Shown piece after piece: positions 54,775-64,000 of a stretch of 64,000 bases of DNA. How positions within the stretch are numbered: the stretch's first letter is position 1; each line of letters starts with the position of its first letter. Location of the stretch: NCBI RefSeq assembly GCF_058153355.1, contig NZ_CM177019.1, one strand, 5' to 3'. The translations under genes were made by a program, and so were the position numbers. Under the pieces are notes generated by a model. That model searched no databases, was not told the DNA's origin, and was given only the letters and a program-made list of their open reading frames with translations.

Positions 54775-55569
54775 ATGACATTACCAACAACTATTTATTC
54801 ATTCCCCGCATATTTACCTCGTTTTTCGTCCACCGACAAACCAGCAAAACTAAAATTTCATCAATACGCACGCGCTACATTACTGTCAAATCGTGGAAGA
54901 GATCATAATTGCGATGGCAGACGTACTGTTGAGATCCACAAACTAGATCTCTCAGACTGGCAAGCATTCAATAAGCTAGCGACGAGGTGTAATACTTACG
55001 ATGGAATAACAATGAATGGTGATAATTCTTTTGGATGGAACCATGAAGCTACATTAGATAATATTCACGCCCAGAAATACAATAAAGCTTACGCGGGTGC
55101 GCGGTTAACCGCAGAACTGAAATATTTATTGCAAGATGTCGAATCCTTCGAACCCAACAGTAAATACACAATACACGAAGTGGTTTTGGGACCTGGTTAT
55201 GGTACTCCAGACTATACCGGCCAAACGATAGGATACGTTGTAACCCTTCCTGCCCAAATGCCTAATTGCTGGTCATCTGAACTACCAACAATCGATCTTT
55301 ATATCGACCAACTTCGCACTGTTACAGGCGTTTCTAATGCCCTCGGATTCATCATTGCTGCATTGCTAAACGCGTATTCTGATTTACCCCATGATTTGAA
55401 AATTGGTCTACGTTCCTTATCAAATTCAGCCGCAATCTACTCGGGTTTAGGTTTCGAGCGAGTGCCGCAGGACCGAGACATAAGGAGTGATCGTATGCAT
55501 CTAACGCCAGCAAACCATCCTGACTTATGGACACAAGAGAATGGTGAATGGATCTACTTGCGAAATTAA
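54775..55569 (+). CDS. yjfZ: Hypothetical protein YjfZ (function unknown)
   Basis: 264-aa ORF with ATG start, preceded by a very AT-rich 270-bp region; no recognisable catalytic motif. Confidence 0.8.
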   Translation: MTLPTTIYSFPAYLPRFSSTDKPAKLKFHQYARATLLSNRGRDHNCDGRRTVEIHKLDLSDWQAFNKLATRCNTYDGITMNGDNSFGWNHEATLDNIHAQKYNKAYAGARLTAELKYLLQDVESFEPNSKYTIHEVVLGPGYGTPDYTGQTIGYVVTLPAQMPNCWSSELPTIDLYIDQLRTVTGVSNALGFIIAALLNAYSDLPHDLKIGLRSLSNSAAIYSGLGFERVPQDRDIRSDRMHLTPANHPDLWTQENGEWIYLRN

Positions 55570-55591
55570 TGCCTGACGAAAAATAGAAAGC

Positions 55592-55619
55592 AAAACGCCG
55601 ACCAATGGTCGGCGTTTTT
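55592..55619. terminator. Bidirectional rho-independent terminator (yjfZ on plus strand; rpsF-priB-rpsR-rplI operon on minus strand)
   Basis: aaaa-acgccgacc-aat-ggtcggcgt-ttttt. Confidence 0.65.
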
Positions 55620-55639
55620 ACGTCTCGTTGAATAACGAA

Positions 55640-56101
<462 letters not shown>

Positions 56102-56130
56102 TCAAAGTCGTATTAATGGACCGTGACCGA

Positions 56131-56677
<547 letters not shown>

Positions 56678-56683
56678 CAGAAA

Positions 56684-57097
<414 letters not shown>

Positions 57098-57406
57098 TTA
57101 TTCAGCCTCCTGTCTGGGTCAGCCGAATCCCGGGGAGGCAAGGAACGTGTTAAAGGTCGGCTGAAAAATGACGCGTTATAGTACTGACATACCCCGCTAA
57201 ACTCAAGGCCAGCCGACAAATAAATCTCATCTTTCACCAAATCGTACTAACACGCTGATTTGAAGTTCATCACACCTCATCATGGTGTTTTTTTGAACAA
57301 CTGCATCAGAAATGGTCACCATCCACTTCTTTATCATTGATTAAAATTAAATCAGAAGATCACCACAAGAGGAGAGCACACAAAGTCAGCCGTCGAGGAG
57401 GTATCT

Positions 57407-57682
57407 ATGTTCAGCCGTGTTTTAGCCCTTCTGGCTGTGCTTTTGCTAAGTGCAAATACATGGGCAGCCATTGAAATTAATAACCACCAGGCCAGAAATA
57501 TGGACGATGTGCAAAGCTTAGGCGTGATTTATATCAATCATAATTTCGCCACTGAAAGTGAAGCACGTCAGGCATTAAATGAAGAGACAGATGCGCAGGG
57601 CGCAACGTACTACCATGTGATTCTGATGCGGGAACCGGGGAGTAACGGCAATATGCACGCCAGCGCGGATATTTATCGCTAG
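57407..57682 (+). CDS. yjfY: Small periplasmic protein YjfY (YdgH/BhsA/McbA-like, DUF1471)
   Basis: 91-aa product with signal peptide MFSRVLALLAVLLLSANTWA; GGAGG RBS. Confidence 0.9.
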   Translation: MFSRVLALLAVLLLSANTWAAIEINNHQARNMDDVQSLGVIYINHNFATESEARQALNEETDAQGATYYHVILMREPGSNGNMHASADIYR

Positions 57683-57722
57683 CACCAGGTATAACCAACG
57701 AAACATTGCCATAGTTTGCTTT

Positions 57723-57746
57723 GCCCCCTTCTCAGGGGGCTTTTTT
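57723..57746 (+). terminator. Rho-independent terminator downstream of yjfY
   Basis: gccccc-ttctca-gggggc followed by tttttt. Confidence 0.6.
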
Positions 57747-57755
57747 ATGCGCCAT

Positions 57756-58307
57756 TCAACGAATAACGACTTCCGGATCCGGCTCATGAGTAATGCGATT
57801 ACGTAAGTCGCGGCGCATAATTTCTATTATCCAGAACCAGAAAATGTGCCCAAGGATTTCAGATGCATATTCGTCAAAAGGCAATTGAGTGAGCGGCGGC
57901 GTTAAATTCAGCGCCGGGCAAAATATACCGTGGACTGCCACTGTCACAATAAGCCCTGCTAATATCCCCTGCCATAATTTCACTTTCGGGAAAATTTCCG
58001 CGACCACACAATACCCTATCGCAAAAACCAGTGAGAAAATGATATGCGTCACCATCACCGGGTTGATAATATGTTCCGAGAATGTATACACAGTTTGGGT
58101 TGGGTCGATCCCTAAATAATCCCGTAGAAAGATATACGGCGGATTAAACTCATCGCGACCACCGGAAAATGTGCGCGGTGGCAAGGGAACTTCCGCTCCC
58201 CATTTAACAAATGCTGAAATAATTCCTGAAAGTACACCCACAAGTAACGCAACGCCATAACGGCGACGCTGCGGATCCGTTCTGACAAACAATCCGTTGA
58301 TAGCCAT
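57756..58307 (-). CDS. YagU-like inner-membrane protein (DUF1440)
   Basis: 183-aa product [47 protein letters not shown]...[26 protein letters not shown], strongly similar in pattern to the YagU family. Confidence 0.8.
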   Translation of the reverse strand: MAINGLFVRTDPQRRRYGVALLVGVLSGIISAFVKWGAEVPLPPRTFSGGRDEFNPPYIFLRDYLGIDPTQTVYTFSEHIINPVMVTHIIFSLVFAIGYCVVAEIFPKVKLWQGILAGLIVTVAVHGIFCPALNLTPPLTQLPFDEYASEILGHIFWFWIIEIMRRDLRNRITHEPDPEVVIR

Positions 58308-58403
58308 AAAAACACCTGTTGTTTATACGATTTTTTAACAGAAACGGCCCCGGAATCAGACCAATTACATCCCGCAGGAGGTAATAATTCCGGGGCGCAC
58401 TGC

Positions 58404-59090
58404 TTACTTCTGCCCGTAATAGGCGTTAGGACCGTGCTTACGCATGAAGTGTTTATTCATGAGATAGCTGTCGATGTGATTCAGTTGTGGGTTAATGCCG
58501 CGGGCAATCCACGCCATTTTCGCCACTTCTTCCATTACCACCGCGTTATGCACCGCATCGTGAGCATCTTTCCCCCAGGCGAATGGCCCGTGCTGATACA
58601 CCACAATTCCCGGCGTATGCAGCGGCTCGGCGTCACCCAGCGTTTCGATAATCACTTTGCCAGTGTTTAGCTCGTATTCCCCCTGCACTTCTTCTTCGCT
58701 TAACCCGCGCGTACAGGGGATATCGCCAAAGAAGTAGTCAGCATGCGTGGTGCCTAATGCCGGGATAGCCAGCCCCGCCTGCGCCCATGCGGTGGCATGC
58801 GTGGAATGGGTATGGACAATGCCACCAAGCGACGGATAACGACGGTAGAGTTCAAGATGCGTCGCAGTGTCGGAAGACGGACGATACTCCCCTTCCACCA
58901 CCTTGCCGCTCATATCAACCACCACCATATCGTCTGCTTTCATGGTTTCGTAGGCGACACCGCTGGGCTTGATCACCACCAGCCCGCGTTCGCGGTCAAT
59001 GGCGCTGACGTTACCCCAGGTAAAGGTCACCAGCCCGTAACGCGGCAGATCCATGTTGGCTTCAAATACCTGCTGTTTCAGCTTTTGCAT
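58404..59090 (-). CDS. ulaF: L-ribulose-5-phosphate 4-epimerase UlaF
   Basis: 228-aa class-II aldolase/epimerase; start overlaps the ulaE stop (TAATG). Confidence 0.95.
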   Translation of the reverse strand: MQKLKQQVFEANMDLPRYGLVTFTWGNVSAIDRERGLVVIKPSGVAYETMKADDMVVVDMSGKVVEGEYRPSSDTATHLELYRRYPSLGGIVHTHSTHATAWAQAGLAIPALGTTHADYFFGDIPCTRGLSEEEVQGEYELNTGKVIIETLGDAEPLHTPGIVVYQHGPFAWGKDAHDAVHNAVVMEEVAKMAWIARGINPQLNHIDSYLMNKHFMRKHGPNAYYGQK

Positions 59091-59944
59091 TATGTCGCCT
59101 CCACCATGCCTGCTTTAGCCATGCGCGCTTTCACCCAATCACGCGCTTTCGCCACTTCTGCCGCCGGGTCTTCCGCCGTTTCGCTCCACATCTCAATCAG
59201 GTACGGCCCGCAATAACCACTCTGTTTGAGCGTTTCGAAGCAACGTTCGAAATCCACTACACCTTCCCCAAACTGGACGTTTTTGAAGACGCCTGGTTTG
59301 GTGTCTTTCACATGCACCGCGACGATATGCCCGATCCCGGCCTGCAACTCCATCTGCACGTCGTTATCCCACGCCGACAAGTTGCCGATATCCGGGTAGA
59401 GCTGGAACCACGGGTTGTTAAGATAGTGCGCGTAACCCAGCGCCTTGCTGATGGAGTTCATCAACGGGTAATCCATGATCTCCATTGCCAGCGTCACCTG
59501 CGCGCGGCTCGCCATCTCAACGCTCTCTTTCAGGCCGTCACGGAAACGACGACGCGTTTCGTTATTGGCTTCCTGATAGTAAACGTCGTAGCCCGCCAGT
59601 TGGATCACGCGAATACCGACATCCTGGGCGAACTGGATAGCTTTGCGCATAATCTCCAGCCCCTGCGCCCGCACTGCGTCATCTTCGCTGCCCAGCGGGA
59701 AACGACGATGAGCAGAAAGGCACATGGATGGTACGCGCACGCCGGTTTCAACAATCGCGTTCACCAGCGCCAGACGCTGCTCGCGGCTCCAGTCAAGGCG
59801 CGAGAGGCGATCGTCCGTTTCATCTACCGACATCTCGACAAAATCGAAGCCTAACGTTTTTGCCAGTTGCAGCCGTTCCAGCCAGCACTCCCCGGCGGGG
59901 AGCGCTTTTTCGTAGATGCCAAGCGGGATTTGTTTGGACAACAT
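59090..59944 (-). CDS. ulaE: L-ribulose-5-phosphate 3-epimerase UlaE
   Basis: 284-aa xylose-isomerase-like TIM-barrel protein [42 protein letters not shown]... Confidence 0.95.
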   Translation of the reverse strand: MLSKQIPLGIYEKALPAGECWLERLQLAKTLGFDFVEMSVDETDDRLSRLDWSREQRLALVNAIVETGVRVPSMCLSAHRRFPLGSEDDAVRAQGLEIMRKAIQFAQDVGIRVIQLAGYDVYYQEANNETRRRFRDGLKESVEMASRAQVTLAMEIMDYPLMNSISKALGYAHYLNNPWFQLYPDIGNLSAWDNDVQMELQAGIGHIVAVHVKDTKPGVFKNVQFGEGVVDFERCFETLKQSGYCGPYLIEMWSETAEDPAAEVAKARDWVKARMAKAGMVEAT

Positions 59945-59953
59945 ATCCGCTCC

Positions 59954-60604
59954 TTAGCCCCACAGTTCGGCGATGGAACGTTTGAACTGACGCGCGGCTT
60001 CAACCGGAGAGGCGGCATCACGGATACTACGCCCAGCGATAAACACATGAATCGGAATGCCTTTGAACAGCGGCAGGTCTTCCAGCGCCAGGCCACCGGT
60101 GACGGTGACTTTGAAGCCCATATCGGAAAGACGTTTGATCGCGGTGATATCCGCTTCGCCCCACGCCACGCCTGCGGCCTGCGCGTCACGGCTGCGGTGA
60201 TAAACCACCTGCTGGATACCTGCGTCGCGCCACTGCTGCGCCTGTTCCCAGGTCCAGTAACCGGTCAGTTCGATCTGCACGTCGCCATTAAACTCTTTTG
60301 CCACGTCCAGCGCGCCTTTGGCGGTGTTGATATCTGCACAACAAATCACGGTCACCCAGTCAGCGTTAGCTTCAAAGCACATACGAGAAAGGATTTTGCC
60401 CGCATCGGCGATTTTGGCGTCTGCCAGCACGATTTTGTGCGGATAAAGCGCTTTCAGATCGCGAACCGCACGCACACCTTCGCCCACGCACAGAATGGTG
60501 CCCACTTCGATAATGTCGACTTCTTCGGCAATCAGGCGAGTGGTTTCGTAGGCGCTAGCCATAGTCTGGTTGTCCAGCGCGACTTGCAACATCGGTAATG
60601 ACAT
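59954..60604 (-). CDS. ulaD: 3-keto-L-gulonate-6-phosphate decarboxylase UlaD
   Basis: 216-aa product from ATG 60604 ([36 protein letters not shown]...); the ORF-track extension is rejected. Confidence 0.95.
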   Translation of the reverse strand: MSLPMLQVALDNQTMASAYETTRLIAEEVDIIEVGTILCVGEGVRAVRDLKALYPHKIVLADAKIADAGKILSRMCFEANADWVTVICCADINTAKGALDVAKEFNGDVQIELTGYWTWEQAQQWRDAGIQQVVYHRSRDAQAAGVAWGEADITAIKRLSDMGFKVTVTGGLALEDLPLFKGIPIHVFIAGRSIRDAASPVEAARQFKRSIAELWG

Positions 60605-60617
60605 TTTCAATTCCTTC

Positions 60618-61082
60618 TTAAGCAGCCGCGTTGGTGCGGTCAATGAGATCCAGGACTTCCTGCTCGGTACGGCAGGCGCGTAAACGGTCGAAATTCTCTT
60701 CATCTTCAAACAGGTTGACGATCTGCATGATGCCCACTTCCTGATGCGTGTTGGCATCGACCGCCGCCATCGTGATGAGGATATCCACCGGGTCGTTATC
60801 TTCGTGGTTGAACTCCAGCGGCTTTTTCAGCGTCACCAGTGCAAAACCCGTTTTCTTAACGCCCTCTTCCGGGCGACCATGCGGCATTGCCAGGCCCGGT
60901 GCGAGCACAAAGTACGGACCGTGCTGTTCAACCGCATCCAGAATCGCCTGGTAGTAACGCGGCTCGACAACATCCGCCGCCACCAGCAGGTCAACGCCGA
61001 TTTTTACGGCTTCCTGCCAGGTATTGGCTTCCGCCTGTAAACGGATGGATTTATTCTCAGCCAGCGAATCACGTAATTTCAT
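60618..61082 (-). CDS. ulaC: PTS ascorbate-specific EIIA component UlaC
   Basis: 154-aa product [33 protein letters not shown]... Confidence 0.95.
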   Translation of the reverse strand: MKLRDSLAENKSIRLQAEANTWQEAVKIGVDLLVAADVVEPRYYQAILDAVEQHGPYFVLAPGLAMPHGRPEEGVKKTGFALVTLKKPLEFNHEDNDPVDILITMAAVDANTHQEVGIMQIVNLFEDEENFDRLRACRTEQEVLDLIDRTNAAA

Positions 61083-61091
61083 AGCGCGCCC

Positions 61092-61397
61092 TTACTTCAC
61101 GTCCTGCGGGAAATGTTCTTTGATCACTTCCAGCAGTTTCGGGCCAAAGTCAGCAGGAGAGAGCATGTTGCGCACGCCAACGACATATTTGTTGCCGGTC
61201 ACGGTGATTTCGCCCGCGATGTGCGTAGAAGCGATGATGATATCCGCGCCGCTCAACTCGCTTTTGTATTCACCAACCGCGCAGCTGTTTACCGTGTGGT
61301 CGATGTTCGACTGGGTTAAAAACTGGTCCACTTTCATTTTCATGATCATGGAACTGCCTTGTCCGTTGCCACACACAGCCAGAATACGTACGGTCAT
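61092..61397 (-). CDS. ulaB: PTS ascorbate-specific EIIB component UlaB
   Basis: 101-aa product from ATG 61397 ([23 protein letters not shown]...); phosphorylatable Cys in the CGNGQGSS motif. Confidence 0.95.
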
Positions 61398-61412
61398 AAT
61401 CAAAACTCCTTA

Positions 61413-63164
<1,752 letters not shown>

Positions 63165-64000
63165 ATGAGTAAAGTGAAAAGTATCACCCGTGAATCCTGG
63201 ATCCTGAGCACTTTCCCGGAGTGGGGTAGCTGGTTGAATGAAGAAATTGAACAAGAACAGGTAGCTCCTGGCACATTCGCGATGTGGTGGCTAGGCTGCA
63301 CCGGGATCTGGCTGAAATCGGAAGGTGGCACCAACGTTTGCGTCGATTTCTGGTGTGGTACTGGCAAACAAAGTCACGGTAACCCACTAATGAAACAGGG
63401 TCACCAGATGCAGCGCATGGCTGGCGTGAAAAAACTGCAGCCAAACCTGCGCACCACCCCGTTTGTTCTTGATCCGTTTGCGATTCGCCAGATCGACGCA
63501 GTACTGGCAACTCACGATCACAACGATCATATCGACGTCAACGTCGCTGCTGCCGTGATGCAGAACTGCGCTGATGACGTGCCATTTATCGGGCCGAAAA
63601 CCTGCGTGGATTTGTGGATTGGCTGGGGTGTGCCGAAAGAACGTTGCATCGTGGTCAAACCGGGCGATGTCGTTAAAGTGAAAGACATTGAAATTCATGC
63701 CCTTGACGCGTTTGACCGTACTGCACTGATCACTTTGCCTGCCGATCAAAAAGCGGCTGGCGTACTGCCAGACGGCATGGACGATCGCGCGGTAAACTAC
63801 CTGTTCAAAACGCCGGGCGGTACCCTGTATCACAGTGGCGATTCCCACTACTCTAACTACTATGCGAAGCACGGTAACGAGCATCAGATCGACGTGGCAT
63901 TAGGTTCATACGGTGAAAACCCACGTGGTATCACCGACAAAATGACCAGTGCTGATATCCTGCGTATGGCAGAAGCGCTGAATACAAAAGTGGTTATCCC
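63165..64000 (+). CDS. ulaG: L-ascorbate-6-phosphate lactonase UlaG (metallo-beta-lactamase fold), 5' portion; continues beyond the window
   Basis: ATG at 63165 opens a frame to the window end ([51 protein letters not shown]...HDHNDHID). It is missing from the ORF track because no stop codon lies in the window. Confidence 0.9.
   Translation, partial: MSKVKSITRESWILSTFPEWGSWLNEEIEQEQVAPGTFAMWWLGCTGIWLKSEGGTNVCVDFWCGTGKQSHGNPLMKQGHQMQRMAGVKKLQPNLRTTPFVLDPFAIRQIDAVLATHDHNDHIDVNVAAAVMQNCADDVPFIGPKTCVDLWIGWGVPKERCIVVKPGDVVKVKDIEIHALDAFDRTALITLPADQKAAGVLPDGMDDRAVNYLFKTPGGTLYHSGDSHYSNYYAKHGNEHQIDVALGSYGENPRGITDKMTSADILRMAEALNTKVVI

Noticed and set aside
63184-63884. Minus-strand ORFs of 108 and 165 aa
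   Set aside because: Antisense to the ulaG reading frame, which starts at 63165 and runs off the window.

Overview
This window reads as an Escherichia coli-type chromosomal segment, collinear (inverted) with the K-12 region mgtA - treRBC - nrdDG - cybC - pmbA - yjgA - mpl - fbp - ytfQRT/yjfF - ppa - ytfP - tamBA - msrA - ytfLKJI - cysQ - cpdB - ytfHGFE - cycA - fklB - ytfB - yjfZ - rplI/rpsR/priB/rpsF - yjfY - ulaFEDCBA/ulaG. Calls rest on reading the supplied translations and sequence; no database search was run, and K-12 comparisons are from memory. Against that conserved backbone, several blocks look accessory: (1) a partial IS110-family transposase at the left edge; (2) a RelE/RelB-like toxin-antitoxin pair with an operator repeat between nrdG and an intact cybC; (3) an AT-rich zinc-ribbon membrane-protein gene downstream of yjfF; (4) an operon of two paralogous secreted repeat proteins (DKNYY-like motifs) between ytfE and cycA; (5) a roughly 8-kb regulator-plus-six-gene putative organic-acid or sugar-acid catabolic cluster between ytfB and yjfZ; (6) a YagU-like DUF1440 gene between yjfY and ulaF. 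The chpSB toxin-antitoxin locus expected between ppa and ytfP is absent. Recognisable regulatory sites include the mgtA leader with mgtL and a PhoP box, FNR sites and NrdR boxes upstream of nrdD, and an NsrR operator upstream of ytfE. Six REP/BIME clusters and several rho-independent terminators are present; no CRISPR array, tRNA or rRNA gene was seen. The best candidates for an undescribed system are the catabolic cluster (5) and the secreted paralogue operon (4).
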